From assembly GCA_002897935.1 (NCBI GenBank), contig BDTA01000081.1:2224-66223 (forward strand): DNA of 64,000 bases. Direction: 5' to 3'. Made by a program: the position numbers and the translations under genes. The stretch is from a bacterium BMS3Abin08. GTDB lineage: Bacteria > Nitrospirota > Thermodesulfovibrionia > Thermodesulfovibrionales > JdFR-85. The notes below the pieces were generated by a model that saw only the letters and a program-made list of their open reading frames with translations, was not told the origin of the DNA and did not search any database. Of the stretch, positions 21,167 to 31,482 are shown piece by piece; within the stretch, counting starts at the first letter, position 1, and every line of letters begins with the position of its first letter.

Positions 21167-22215
21167 TGAAAAAAGTCGTAGTTGGTATGAGCGGGGGGGT
21201 TGACTCCTCTGTAACGGCCTGTCTCCTGAAAGAAGAGGGTTATGAAGTAGAGGGTGTGAGCTTCATTCTATGGGAGGCAAGGGCAAGGCTCAATCCGCGT
21301 ACATGTTGCTCCCTCGATGCCATTGAAGGGGCAAAAGAGACCGCCGAACTTCTCGGGATCAGGCACCGGGCTGTTGATGTCCGTGACGACTTCATGGAAA
21401 AGGTGATAGATCCCTTTGTTGATGCCTATCTCCGCGGCCTGACACCAAACCCGTGTATCCTCTGCAATATCCATATCAAGTTCCCCTGTCTCCTGAGGGA
21501 GGCGGAAAACAGCGGAGCGGAATTCATTGCCACCGGCCATTATTCCCGGATTAAGAGAAGAGGTGCCGGGTATGTCCTCATGAAGGGGGTGGACCCTTCG
21601 AAAGACCAGTCCTATTTCCTCTATGTCCTTAAGGAGGAAACACTGAAAAGGCTCATCTTTCCCCTTGGCACATACAGGAAAGACAGGGTGCGGGAGATTG
21701 CAAGGGATTTGGATCTCCCCGCGGTGAAGAGGCCGGAAAGCGTCGAGATATGTTTTATTGAGGAGGATTACTCCTGCTTTATCAGAGATCTGATGCCGGA
21801 GGCCTCCAGGCCGGGGCCGATCATCGGGCCGGGGGGGGAGGTGCTTGGTACACACCGCGGGATATATAACTATACAATGGGACAGAGGAGGGGGTTGAAC
21901 ATAGCCCATGGAGAACCCCTCTATGTGAGAAGGATCGATGCAGAGAGGAACGAGGTCCATGTGGGACCCCGGGAGACGGCCTTCGGGCAGGAGGTGGTTG
22001 TGGGGGACCTGAACTGGATAACCGGGCCCGTGGAGCGGGTTACCGCAAGGATAAGGTCCATGATGAGGGATGAGCCGGCATCCCTCTATCCTGAGGAAGG
22101 TGCCGGGAGAGTGAGGGTTGTCTTTGACGAACCACAGTGGGCACCTGCACCGGGCCAGTCAGTGGTTTTTTATGACGGGGATCTGGTGATAGGGGGAGGG
22201 ATAATTGAACCATAG
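21166..22215 (+). CDS. mnmA: tRNA 2-thiouridine(34) synthase
   Basis: PP-loop VVVGMSGGVDSSV, CNIHIKF, ATGHY, KDQSYFLY. ATGA overlap with aspS. Confidence 0.94.
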   Translation: MKKVVVGMSGGVDSSVTACLLKEEGYEVEGVSFILWEARARLNPRTCCSLDAIEGAKETAELLGIRHRAVDVRDDFMEKVIDPFVDAYLRGLTPNPCILCNIHIKFPCLLREAENSGAEFIATGHYSRIKRRGAGYVLMKGVDPSKDQSYFLYVLKEETLKRLIFPLGTYRKDRVREIARDLDLPAVKRPESVEICFIEEDYSCFIRDLMPEASRPGPIIGPGGEVLGTHRGIYNYTMGQRRGLNIAHGEPLYVRRIDAERNEVHVGPRETAFGQEVVVGDLNWITGPVERVTARIRSMMRDEPASLYPEEGAGRVRVVFDEPQWAPAPGQSVVFYDGDLVIGGGIIEP

Positions 22216-22257
22216 CCGCGTACCTCGTATGTGCACGGCTATGGTATAATTACGTGC

Positions 22258-23058
22258 ATGGGCGTGCTTCAGGAGATAGTGGAGAGACGGAAGGGCCGTC
22301 TGAGGGATACAAAGGCATCCGTCCCGTTTGAGGAGATAAAGGCACGGCTCAGGGACGCCGCACCTGCCCGTGATTTCAGGGGAGCCGTAACCCGCCCCCA
22401 AGGGGGGAGGATAAAGCTGATCGCCGAGTTAAAGAAGGCATCGCCCTCAAGGGGGGTGATAAGGCGGGACTTTGATATCGAGGGCATATCCAGGATTTAT
22501 ACTGAGGGGGGTGCCTCGGCAATATCCGTTTTGACGGAGGAGGACTATTTTCAGGGCGATATAAGCTACATTCTCAGGATAAAAGGTGTCACGGATCTCC
22601 CGGTGCTCAGGAAGGACTTTATCTTTGATGAGTATCAGGTCTTTGAGGCAAGGGCTTACGGGGCGGATGCAATACTGCTTATCGCGTCCATCCTCAGCAA
22701 CTCCCAGGCCGGGGAACTTTACGGTCTTGCCTCAGAGCTTGGCCTTTCCGTCCTGTTCGAGGTGCACAATTACAAGGAGGTTGATACGGCGCTGCTTCTT
22801 GACCTCCCAATTATCGGTATCAATAACCGTGACCTTGAGACCCTTGATATCGACCTGAGGAGAACGGTTGATATAATGAAGGATATACCTGACGGCAGGG
22901 TGATAGTGAGTGAAAGCGGGATAGAGACGAGGGATGATGTGGAGATGCTTGACGGAAAGGGTATCGATGCCCTTCTTATCGGGACCTCCCTGATGAAGCC
23001 CCGGGATATCGGTAGCAGGATTAACGAGCTTTTTCGAGGAATCTGGTATAATGGGTAG
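22258..23058 (+). CDS. trpC: indole-3-glycerol phosphate synthase
   Basis: [61 protein letters not shown]. Confidence 0.93.
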   Translation: MGVLQEIVERRKGRLRDTKASVPFEEIKARLRDAAPARDFRGAVTRPQGGRIKLIAELKKASPSRGVIRRDFDIEGISRIYTEGGASAISVLTEEDYFQGDISYILRIKGVTDLPVLRKDFIFDEYQVFEARAYGADAILLIASILSNSQAGELYGLASELGLSVLFEVHNYKEVDTALLLDLPIIGINNRDLETLDIDLRRTVDIMKDIPDGRVIVSESGIETRDDVEMLDGKGIDALLIGTSLMKPRDIGSRINELFRGIWYNG

Positions 23059-23084
23059 CAATTAAAAAAACTTCGGGAGGAACT

Positions 23085-24437
23085 ATGAAAGAGACAAAGA
23101 TTATGCTGTCGGACAAGGAGATCCCCAGGCAGTGGTATAACATCATGGCAGACATGCCCAACCCCCCGGAACCCCCGCTTCATCCCGGAACAAAACAGCC
23201 GGTGGGTCCTGATGACCTCTCTGCTATATTCCCGATGGCACTCATTGAACAGGAGGTCAGCACCGAGCGCTGGATTGACATACCGGAAGAGGTCCTGGAG
23301 ATTTACAGCCTCTGGCGGCCAAGTCCCATGTACAGGGCACACCGTCTTGAGGCCGCACTCGGTACCCCCGCAAAGATATATTACAAGTACGAGGGAGTAA
23401 GTCCCGCAGGAAGCCATAAGCCTAATACATCGACTCCCCAGGCTTACTATAATAAACAGGCCGGGATCAAGAGAATTGCAACAGAAACAGGGGCGGGACA
23501 GTGGGGGTCGGCCATGGCTCTCTCCGGAAGCCTCTTCGGTATTGATGTAACGGTTTATATGGTAAGGGTGAGTTATAACCAGAAGCCATACAGGCGCATT
23601 GCAATGGAGACGTGGGGGGCATCCGTCTATGCAAGCCCCACGGATATTACACAGTCAGGGAAAAAGATCCTGGAAACAGATCCTGATAGCCCCGGAAGCC
23701 TCGGTATCGCCATATCTGAAGCGGTAGAGGATGCGGCAAGCCACGATGATACGAACTATGCCCTTGGTTCAGTGCTCAACCATGTCATGCATCATCAGAC
23801 CGTGATCGGGCTTGAGGCCAAAAAACAGATGGAAATGGCGGGGGATTATCCTGATCTGATTATTGGATGCTGCGGTGGCGGGAGTAACCTCGCCGGTGTG
23901 AGTTTCCCCTTTCTCCGGGATAAGATAAACGGTAAGGATCTGAGGGTCATCGCAGTGGAGCCGTCGTCATGTCCCACCCTCACAAAGGGTGAGTTCAGGT
24001 ATGACTTTGGAGACACCGCAGGGCTTACACCGCTGCTGATGATGTACACCCTCGGTCATGACTTCATTCCTCCCGGGATTCATGCGGGCGGGCTGAGGTA
24101 CCATGCAGACGCACCCCTGGTGTGTCAGCTCTACCACGATGGCCTGATCGAGGCAAGGGCATACCCGCAGACCCCGGTCTTTAAGGCTGCACTCATGTTT
24201 GCCGGTGTGGAGGGCATCATACCTGCTCCGGAAACCGCCCATGCCATCAGATGTGTCATAGATGAGGCACTTCTGTGCAAGGAAGAAGGGAAGGAGAAGA
24301 CCATCCTCTTTAACCTGAGCGGGCACGGCTATCTCGATCTGCAGGCCTATGCAGACTATCTTGACGGTAAACTCGTTGATTATGAATATCCTGACGAGAA
24401 GATCAGGGAGGCCCTTTCAAGACTCCCTGTGGTTTGA
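23085..24437 (+). CDS. trpB: TrpB2-type tryptophan synthase beta chain
   Basis: 450 aa, longer than canonical Trp[14 protein letters not shown]...[12 protein letters not shown]...[15 protein letters not shown]...[10 protein letters not shown]. Confidence 0.88.
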   Translation: MKETKIMLSDKEIPRQWYNIMADMPNPPEPPLHPGTKQPVGPDDLSAIFPMALIEQEVSTERWIDIPEEVLEIYSLWRPSPMYRAHRLEAALGTPAKIYYKYEGVSPAGSHKPNTSTPQAYYNKQAGIKRIATETGAGQWGSAMALSGSLFGIDVTVYMVRVSYNQKPYRRIAMETWGASVYASPTDITQSGKKILETDPDSPGSLGIAISEAVEDAASHDDTNYALGSVLNHVMHHQTVIGLEAKKQMEMAGDYPDLIIGCCGGGSNLAGVSFPFLRDKINGKDLRVIAVEPSSCPTLTKGEFRYDFGDTAGLTPLLMMYTLGHDFIPPGIHAGGLRYHADAPLVCQLYHDGLIEARAYPQTPVFKAALMFAGVEGIIPAPETAHAIRCVIDEALLCKEEGKEKTILFNLSGHGYLDLQAYADYLDGKLVDYEYPDEKIREALSRLPVV

Positions 24438-24461
24438 GCTGACGGGATGAACAGAAACGGC

Positions 24462-24495
24462 AAAGGGCGGGTTTTGATGACCTGCCCTTTTTTTC
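24462..24495 (+). terminator. putative rho-independent terminator after trpB2
   Basis: aaagggc...gcccttt stem followed by a T7 run. Confidence 0.5.
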
Positions 24496-24519
24496 TATTG
24501 TAATGCATGGTTTTCTACA

Positions 24520-24981
24520 ATGACTAAAAAGGCAATAATCATTACGGTGCCGGTTCTTGTATCCCTGCTCCTGGTCTACCTGTTCCTGCCTTCCGATACA
24601 AAGAGGATAAGGAAAATCATCTATGACGGCAGGGATGCGATTGTTCGGAAGGACCTGGAGAGGGTCATGGCACACGTTTCATATAACTACAGGGACAGGT
24701 ACGGTTTTACATACCTTTCCATAAAAGAAAACCTGAAGTCCCTTTTTCAGAGGACCGAATCCTTTGAGATTGAAGTGGATAACCTCAGGGTGGAGGTTAA
24801 TGATAAAAAGGCAGAGGCCAGATTCCTCATAAAAGTCAAGGCCCTGGAGACGGCGGGAGAGGTCTTTTTGCTGGGGAGTGAGGATGTGTACGAATCGGTA
24901 TTTATAAGCCTTGAGAAGGAGAGACTTAAATGGCTTGTGACGGAGACTTACTTTCCTACCAGAGAAGGAATAGCCTTTTGA
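24520..24981 (+). CDS. hypothetical membrane-anchored protein
   Basis: 153 aa with an N-terminal hydrophobic helix IIITVPVLVSLLLVYLFL. No motif recognised. Confidence 0.5.
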   Translation: MTKKAIIITVPVLVSLLLVYLFLPSDTKRIRKIIYDGRDAIVRKDLERVMAHVSYNYRDRYGFTYLSIKENLKSLFQRTESFEIEVDNLRVEVNDKKAEARFLIKVKALETAGEVFLLGSEDVYESVFISLEKERLKWLVTETYFPTREGIAF

Positions 24982-27325
24982 TGTTTTCCAGTTCCACCAT
25001 GAGGTTCAGACCCCCTGTTTCTTTCAGTTTGTGATCGGCATAACTGCTGATCGATATCTCCCCGGAGTTGTATGATGATACCTCTATTGCCCCCTCCCGG
25101 TCCGTGCGGTGCAGTTGTATGCCTTTGAGGTTCCGGAGGGTGCCCCGGTGGGGATGGCCGTAGGGGTTAAACCTCCCTGCACTTATTATTGCATACCTGG
25201 GATTGACGGAGGCCAGGAAACCCCGTTTGCTCGATGTATAGCTCCCGTGATGAGAGACCTTGAGGACCCTGCTCCCGAGGTATTTCGGGAGCCGCAGGAG
25301 TGAGAGTTCCCCGTCGGCCTCAATGTCTCCCGTAAAAAGTATGCTTATGCCCCTGTCCGTGTATCTCAGGACTAGGGACCGGTTGTTCTCATCGTCGCCG
25401 AAGGTGTTGTAGTAGCCCTTGCGGGGATGGAGAACAAGAAACCCTGCACTGCCTGTCTTGAGGATGTCCCCTGCCTTTAGCTGTCTGTGGACCACGGTGT
25501 CTTCTACAGCGGGCTGATAGATGAGAAGACCGTTGTCCCATATCTCACCGACCCTGAACTCGTCCAGGATATTCCACAGTCCCCCTGCATGGTCCCTGCC
25601 TGCATGGCTCAGCACAAGTGCGTCGATCTTGCCGACGCCCCTGTATCTTAGGTAACTAATTACCTCCCTGCCCGTGTGCCCCGTGTCTATGACCACCGCC
25701 TTCCCGTCGGATGTCTCAACAACGGCTGCATCCCCCTGACCCACATCGAGAAATACGACCCTTGGTCCGGGGGCAAGGTATGCCGGGAGGGTGTATATGA
25801 CGCTAAATGCCAGCACACTGAAGCAGATCAGCGACGCCTTCCGCTTTCGCATTATCATGCAGCCTGCGGTTGCATAAATGAGCATGAGAACAGCGGCGGA
25901 AAAGGCTGGAAGGGTAAAAGAAATCATTTCAAGGCTGGAGATGAAAGAGACCACATGGTTGATCTTTGAGATAAGGAGGGCAAAGAGGCCCCCAAGGGGG
26001 AATACCCCCGTTAAGAGATAAAAGAGGCTTCCAATGATCCCTGCCGGCAGAATCAAGAAACAGATAAGGGGGGTGAAGACCATGTTTGTAACGATACCGA
26101 GTGCGGGGAGGCGGTGAAAGTAGTAAAGGACGAGGGGCATTGTCCCTGCCGATGCGCCGATGGTTACGAGTAGTATCTTGACGAGTGTCCCGGTAAAGGG
26201 GCCTGCCCGGTTAAGAGGGAGCCTCTTTTCAGCAAACTCAAGGGTCAACCCTATTGAGAGCACTGCGGCAAAGGAGAGTTGAAAGGATGGGGTAAAGGCG
26301 GAGGAGGGGTCCATGAGCAGTATAACCGTTAAGGCAAAGAGGATACTGTAGAGCCATTGTCCCTTCCGGCCGATGAGGAGACCGAAGAGGAATATGTTTA
26401 TCATGATAAATGAACGCAGGGCCGGGATCCTCACCCCTGAGAGGAGGAGATAGAAGACAATTAACGGTAAGGTGAGGAGGGTGGCGAGTTCGTCTATGCT
26501 TATACGGCCTGTCAGCCTGATCAGCCATCGATATGGAAGTGCCCTTGCGGAGAATCTTATAAAAGAGAAAACAAGTATGGTGAAGAGGCCGAAGTGGGTG
26601 CCCGATATGCTCATGAGATGGGCAAGCCCGAGACGTGCATAGTCCCTGTAGAGCCTGTCGCTGTATTGGCGGTGTCCGATTATCAGGGCGGAGAGAAAAC
26701 CGGCCGTTTCTCCGGAGAAGGCCTCGTTGAAGCGGCTGTAGAGCATCCACCTCAGGCGGTCGGGAATGAACCCCGGGGAGTTGTTCCTGGAGAGGGCGAC
26801 AGCCCCCAGGGGTGTTAAAAACAGAGAGGTGTTTCCGGAATGCATTCCGGGATTGAGGTGTCCTGCTTTAAGGGTGACCCTGGCGTTTCCTTCAATGAAG
26901 GTCCCCGGCCCAAAGGGTTTGGGAAGATTAATGAATACATCCCCCTTCAGCGGAGGGGTTGAGAGACTGAAGGGTTCAAGATATCCATATTCGGTTTTAA
27001 TCGGCATCCCCGCGATGGTACCTGAGAAGCGTGTTTCCCGGGGCGGTTTGGTTTCCTGAAGATTGGGTGAGGGATCGTGTTTCAGGGCGCCGTAATAGAA
27101 TCCGAAGATGAACAGAAGGATCAGGACGACTGCCTGTTTCCCTGTATTCTTTATGAAGTACAGCAGGATGCAGAGAGAGGCGAGGGTGGTTAAGACCGGG
27201 AAAAAGCCTGAAGCGGTGTATGCACATATGCCCAATATAAGGGACAGGTATATGTATATCTGGAGGGGGGACATTTCCGGTTGGGCTGAAGCGCTATCTT
27301 TCCGTCTGCCGGATAGCCTTGGCAA
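24956..27325 (-). CDS. comEC: DNA internalization competence protein ComEC/Rec2
   Basis: Polytopic N-terminal part plus a C-terminal metallo-beta-lactamase fold VVFLDVGQGDAAVVETSDGKAVVIDTG ... LSHAGRDHAGG. Alternative start at 27274 (MSPLQIY) avoids overlap with glmM. Confidence 0.9.
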   Translation of the reverse strand: MPRLSGRRKDSASAQPEMSPLQIYIYLSLILGICAYTASGFFPVLTTLASLCILLYFIKNTGKQAVVLILLFIFGFYYGALKHDPSPNLQETKPPRETRFSGTIAGMPIKTEYGYLEPFSLSTPPLKGDVFINLPKPFGPGTFIEGNARVTLKAGHLNPGMHSGNTSLFLTPLGAVALSRNNSPGFIPDRLRWMLYSRFNEAFSGETAGFLSALIIGHRQYSDRLYRDYARLGLAHLMSISGTHFGLFTILVFSFIRFSARALPYRWLIRLTGRISIDELATLLTLPLIVFYLLLSGVRIPALRSFIMINIFLFGLLIGRKGQWLYSILFALTVILLMDPSSAFTPSFQLSFAAVLSIGLTLEFAEKRLPLNRAGPFTGTLVKILLVTIGASAGTMPLVLYYFHRLPALGIVTNMVFTPLICFLILPAGIIGSLFYLLTGVFPLGGLFALLISKINHVVSFISSLEMISFTLPAFSAAVLMLIYATAGCMIMRKRKASLICFSVLAFSVIYTLPAYLAPGPRVVFLDVGQGDAAVVETSDGKAVVIDTGHTGREVISYLRYRGVGKIDALVLSHAGRDHAGGLWNILDEFRVGEIWDNGLLIYQPAVEDTVVHRQLKAGDILKTGSAGFLVLHPRKGYYNTFGDDENNRSLVLRYTDRGISILFTGDIEADGELSLLRLPKYLGSRVLKVSHHGSYTSSKRGFLASVNPRYAIISAGRFNPYGHPHRGTLRNLKGIQLHRTDREGAIEVSSYNSGEISISSYADHKLKETGGLNLMVELENIKRLFLLW

Positions 27326-28637
27326 TCCTCTGTGCCACTCGCCGGATCAGTTCCCTGTCGCTCCCCTCTACCATTACACGAATCTTCGGCTCTGTTCCCG
27401 AAGGCCTGACAAGCACCCTTCCCCTGCCGTTGAGTTGCAGCTCGGCCTTCCTTACGGCGTCCTTAAGGGGGGGGCTGTTTATTATATCCTTTCTGTTGAC
27501 CTTAACGTTTTTCAGTACCTGCGGATAGAGGAAGATATCAGATACCAGCTCTGAAAGAGGAAGTCCCTTCCTCTTGAGTAAATAGAGCACCTGCAGAGCC
27601 GTTACAGGACCATCGCCGGTAGTGTTGAAATCAAGAAAGATGATATGCCCTGACTGTTCACCCCCAAGGTTGTACCCCCCTTCGATCATCTTTTCCACCA
27701 CGTATCTGTCGCCGACCTTTGTCCTTAGGATCCTGATCCCTTTACGTTGCAAGTAATGCTCGATGCCGAGGTTGCTCATAACAGTGGTCACAATGGTGTC
27801 TTTGTTGAGGCCGTTCTCCTTCTTCATCTCAACTCCCCACAGGGCCATTACCCTGTCACCGTCCACCTCTACGCCCTGTTCATCCACAAAGAGCGTCCTG
27901 TCGGCGTCACCGTCATGCGCAAGACCGGCATCGGCGGAGTTTTTCAGCACCGTCTCCTTCAGCATACCGAGGTCGGTTGAGCCGCAGCAGTGGTTGATGT
28001 TTGTGCCGTCAGGGCTGTTGTTTATGGTGATCACATCAGCGCCGAGTTCTTCAAGTAATGCCGGTGTAACCTTGTATGCCGAGCCGTTTGCGCAGTCCAC
28101 TACAACCCTCAGGCCTTCGAGGTCGGCGCCACGGGGTATGGTGGACTTTACAAACTCTATATACCTTCCTGCGGCATCATCGAGCCTGAATGCCTTGCCT
28201 ATATGCTCCCCCGAGGGCCTTCTCTCCGGGAAGAGGTCCGAGGCCGCAAGGCGTTCAATCTCTTCTTCAAGGGGATCGGAGAGCTTGAATCCATCTGCAC
28301 CGAAGAACTTTATCCCGTTGTCTTCGAAGGGGTTGTGTGATGCGGATATCACTGTGCCGGCATCGAGCCTCATTGCCCTGGTGAGGTAGGCAACCCCCGG
28401 TGTCGGGATGGGTCCCACGAGGAGGACGTTCATCCCCATGGAGCAGATACCGGAGGTCAGGGCGCTTTCGATCATGTAGCCCGATAGCCTTGTGTCCTTT
28501 CCAATGAGAACCATATTTTTACCGTGGCTTTTCTTCAGGATTTTTGCCGCCGCCATTCCTATCCTCAGAACACTTTCGGGCGTTATAGGTTTTTTGTTTA
28601 CCCTGCCCCGGATTCCATCGGTACCGAATAGCTTCAT
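27294..28637 (-). CDS. glmM: phosphoglucosamine mutase
   Basis: MKLFGTDGIRG, active-site ISASHNPFEDNGIKFF, AHDGDADR. Confidence 0.96.
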   Translation of the reverse strand: MKLFGTDGIRGRVNKKPITPESVLRIGMAAAKILKKSHGKNMVLIGKDTRLSGYMIESALTSGICSMGMNVLLVGPIPTPGVAYLTRAMRLDAGTVISASHNPFEDNGIKFFGADGFKLSDPLEEEIERLAASDLFPERRPSGEHIGKAFRLDDAAGRYIEFVKSTIPRGADLEGLRVVVDCANGSAYKVTPALLEELGADVITINNSPDGTNINHCCGSTDLGMLKETVLKNSADAGLAHDGDADRTLFVDEQGVEVDGDRVMALWGVEMKKENGLNKDTIVTTVMSNLGIEHYLQRKGIRILRTKVGDRYVVEKMIEGGYNLGGEQSGHIIFLDFNTTGDGPVTALQVLYLLKRKGLPLSELVSDIFLYPQVLKNVKVNRKDIINSPPLKDAVRKAELQLNGRGRVLVRPSGTEPKIRVMVEGSDRELIRRVAQRIAKAIRQTER

Positions 28638-29278
28638 TTGCCCCCTCCCTGTTTTTCTTTTTTCTCCAAGGAGACCTCTACCATATCAACAGATAACCTG
28701 ACCTTGTCGAGATTGGTAATAATGGTAGCGTCCCTTTTGTTGCCGTTTTTGAGGTCCCTGAGTTTCAGGGGTTCAGTCTTCAGAATGTGGACGTTCCTTA
28801 CAATGCTCTCGGGTCCTTCAATCCTGACGCGGTCGGGTTTTATTATGAGTTTGTAGTCTCTCGGAATCCTGTCAAGAACCACCTTTACAGGGACCTCCCT
28901 TTCAATTGTCCGGTCAAGTGTGATTTTCACCGAGGAGGGCGAGACATTTGAGACCGTTACCGCTGCCGGTACCTTGATGTTCCTTCTGATAATGCTGTAA
29001 ACCCTGGTGCCGGAGGGGGACCCCTTAAGGTCTATGAAGACCCTCAGGTCATCCGGTTTTACCGCCCTGAGAATACGCTCGCTCCCGAATATGCTGACAT
29101 TGACCCTGTCCCTGTCCTTCCTCAGGATCTCGAGGCCCTTTGGGATGTTTATATATTCGATTGGAACATCAAGGGTGATTTCAGAGGTTCCCCTGGCCGA
29201 GATTATGAACCATAACAGTATGGCAAATCCCAGGGAGAGCAGCTTAAGCCCCGTGTTGTTGAAAATCAGGTTTTTCAT
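28634..29278 (-). CDS. cdaR: YbbR-domain protein (CdaR-like)
   Basis: N-terminal TM LKLLSLGFAILLWFII followed by YbbR-like repeats. Sits between cdaA and glmM. Confidence 0.78.
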   Translation of the reverse strand: MKNLIFNNTGLKLLSLGFAILLWFIISARGTSEITLDVPIEYINIPKGLEILRKDRDRVNVSIFGSERILRAVKPDDLRVFIDLKGSPSGTRVYSIIRRNIKVPAAVTVSNVSPSSVKITLDRTIEREVPVKVVLDRIPRDYKLIIKPDRVRIEGPESIVRNVHILKTEPLKLRDLKNGNKRDATIITNLDKVRLSVDMVEVSLEKKEKQGGGK

Positions 29279-29279
29279 T

Positions 29280-30041
29280 TTATCTCTTTGTCTCCGTGAA
29301 AATGTCCGTCAATACGCCTCTTAAGGAGCCCATGTCCATGGGCGTTTCAATCCTGCCGTCTCTGGCAAGGGATATCATCCCCGTCTCTTCGGATACGATG
29401 ATTACCAGGGAATCCGTTTCTTCGGTTATTCCCAGGGCTGCGCGGTGCCTTGTTCCCAGAGAGCGGTCGAGGTCCCGTCTGAAGGTTATGGGAAGAAAAC
29501 ACCCTGCAGCAACTATACGGTCTCCCCTGATAATCACGGCACCGTCGTGAATGGGGGAGGTCGGATGAAAGATGCTCAGCAGTATCTCCCTCGATACCTT
29601 TGCGTCAAGAGGTGTGCCTATCTCGACAAAATCCTTTAAGGATATCACCCGCTCAAGGACAATCAGTGCGCCTATCCTTCTGTTGGCAAGCGATACGGCG
29701 GCCCTTACAATTTCATCGATGGATTTGAATTCCGATGCAGAAGTAATTGCAGGGAAAAAGGATGTTTCACCCATGTGGGCGAGGGCCTTCCTGATCTCGG
29801 GCTGAAAGAGTATAATCAGGGCAAGGACAACCTGGGCCCAGAAACTCTGAATGATCCAGTACATGGTATGGAGCTTGAGGTAGTCGGAGAGGAAGAGTGC
29901 AACAAGCAGGACCCCGAGGCCTATAAGCATCTGAACTGCACGTGTCCCCTTGATAAGAAGGAGGATGCGATAAAGAACGACGGCCACAATGAGGATGTCC
30001 AGGATATCCTGCCATCGTATATGTTTTATTATCTCAAGCAT
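29280..30041 (-). CDS. cdaA: diadenylate cyclase CdaA (DisA_N/DAC domain)
   Basis: Three N-terminal TMs, GALIVLER, HDGAVIIRGDRIVAAGCFLP, LGTRHRAALGITEETDSLVIIVSEETG. Confidence 0.93.
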   Translation of the reverse strand: MLEIIKHIRWQDILDILIVAVVLYRILLLIKGTRAVQMLIGLGVLLVALFLSDYLKLHTMYWIIQSFWAQVVLALIILFQPEIRKALAHMGETSFFPAITSASEFKSIDEIVRAAVSLANRRIGALIVLERVISLKDFVEIGTPLDAKVSREILLSIFHPTSPIHDGAVIIRGDRIVAAGCFLPITFRRDLDRSLGTRHRAALGITEETDSLVIIVSEETGMISLARDGRIETPMDMGSLRGVLTDIFTETKR

Positions 30042-30111
30042 CTCCCTCCATTATATTATAAGAGAAGGCCGTCAAAGGATCAAATCCGGGAACAGGTAAC
30101 GCTGTTATGGA

Positions 30112-30801
30112 TTACGGAAGGAGTTCCCTGTAATCACTTATTGAGGGGAAGATGCATGACCTCTTTCCCTCTCCCGGGGCTTTTGAGTTTGCCCCCTTCT
30201 TCAGTATTGTGAACCTGATCCCGTACTCCTGCGCCGTTAAAAGAATCTCCTCGGTGTCGTCTATGAAGAGGGTCGCTTCCCTCTTGAAACGCAGGGTCTT
30301 CTCCGCCCTCTCCCAGAACAGTATTTCCTCCTTGGGGGCCCCCATATCAAAGGAGGTTACGACCCTGTCGAAGTATTCCCCTATCTCTGTCTTCCTCAGC
30401 TTTATTGTAAGGGTTTTGTAATGGGCATTCGTCACGAGGAATATCTTTTTCCCGTGGGCCTTAAGGGCGGAAAGAAAATCCTCCACACGGGGGTGAACCT
30501 CTATGAGGTGTCTTATCTGCTCCTTAAGGGCGGGGATGTCTATGCCGAGTTCTTCGGACCAGAAATCTATGTCCGTCCAGTTTAGTGTGCCTTCATGCCT
30601 CTTGTATTTTCCTGTAAGCTCCTCTTTTGCCCTTCCGAAGGTGATTCCGTGCATTTCCGCATATCTTTCGGGGACGAGGTGTTCCCAGAAGTAGTCGTCA
30701 AAGTACTTGTCAAGCAGGGTGCCGTCCATGTCGAGGAGGACATACTCCATCTCGCTCCAGAGGGCGTCCCTTACAGTCGTTATATCACTGTCTCTAACCA
30801 C
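30112..30801 (-). CDS. HAD-superfamily hydrolase
   Basis: LLDMDGTLLD motif I, VTNAH motif II region, FIDDT motif IV. Confidence 0.75.
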   Translation of the reverse strand: MVRDSDITTVRDALWSEMEYVLLDMDGTLLDKYFDDYFWEHLVPERYAEMHGITFGRAKEELTGKYKRHEGTLNWTDIDFWSEELGIDIPALKEQIRHLIEVHPRVEDFLSALKAHGKKIFLVTNAHYKTLTIKLRKTEIGEYFDRVVTSFDMGAPKEEILFWERAEKTLRFKREATLFIDDTEEILLTAQEYGIRFTILKKGANSKAPGEGKRSCIFPSISDYRELLP

Positions 30802-31465
30802 GGAGGGTGTATCTCCTCACGGCGGGGTTTTCGGAGAGGCCCGCCATAATATCCTTAAGTACATCCGCGTTTTTGTAAGTGAGCATGATATGCAGTGTTT
30901 TTTCGTTTTTTGTTTTGTCCACATCGTAGTCCATGCTGCTTATCTCAACCCCCTGCAGGTCAATGAGTGCAAGAATCTCCTGATCCGCCGCAGCGGATCC
31001 GGTGATGATAGCGAGGTTTTTATAACGGAGCCTGGGCAGCTTGGCCTCAACATTTCTCAGCACCCATAGCGATATAAAGGTGAGAATAAAGGTTACGGTT
31101 GCCGGAATATAAAGCCCGCTTCCCACCGCAAGGCCGATTGCGGATACCACCCAGAGGCAGGCCGCGGTTGTGAGCCCCTGTATAGTAAGCCCCGACTTTA
31201 TGATTACGCCGGCGCCGAGGAATCCTATGCCGGTTATTGCTCCTGCAGCGATCCTGCCGGGGTCTATCCTGATAAGATCGGGATTAACAGAGGATGCCTC
31301 ATAGAAGTCGAGGGAGACGATCATTATCAGTACCGACGCAAGGCTCACGAGGAGATGGGTCCTGAACCCCGCAGGTCTTCCGTGGCTCTGACGCTCAAAC
31401 CCGATTATACCGCCGAGGGTGGCGCCGATAATAAGCCTCAGTATTGTCTCATATGGATAGATCAT
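30794..31465 (-). CDS. MgtC/SapB family membrane protein
   Basis: LRLIIGATLGGIIGFERQSHGRPAGFRTHLLVSLAS, hydrophobic core, ACT-like C-terminus. Confidence 0.85.
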   Translation of the reverse strand: MIYPYETILRLIIGATLGGIIGFERQSHGRPAGFRTHLLVSLASVLIMIVSLDFYEASSVNPDLIRIDPGRIAAGAITGIGFLGAGVIIKSGLTIQGLTTAACLWVVSAIGLAVGSGLYIPATVTFILTFISLWVLRNVEAKLPRLRYKNLAIITGSAAADQEILALIDLQGVEISSMDYDVDKTKNEKTLHIMLTYKNADVLKDIMAGLSENPAVRRYTLRG

Positions 31466-31482
31466 TGAACCGGTTAAACACT

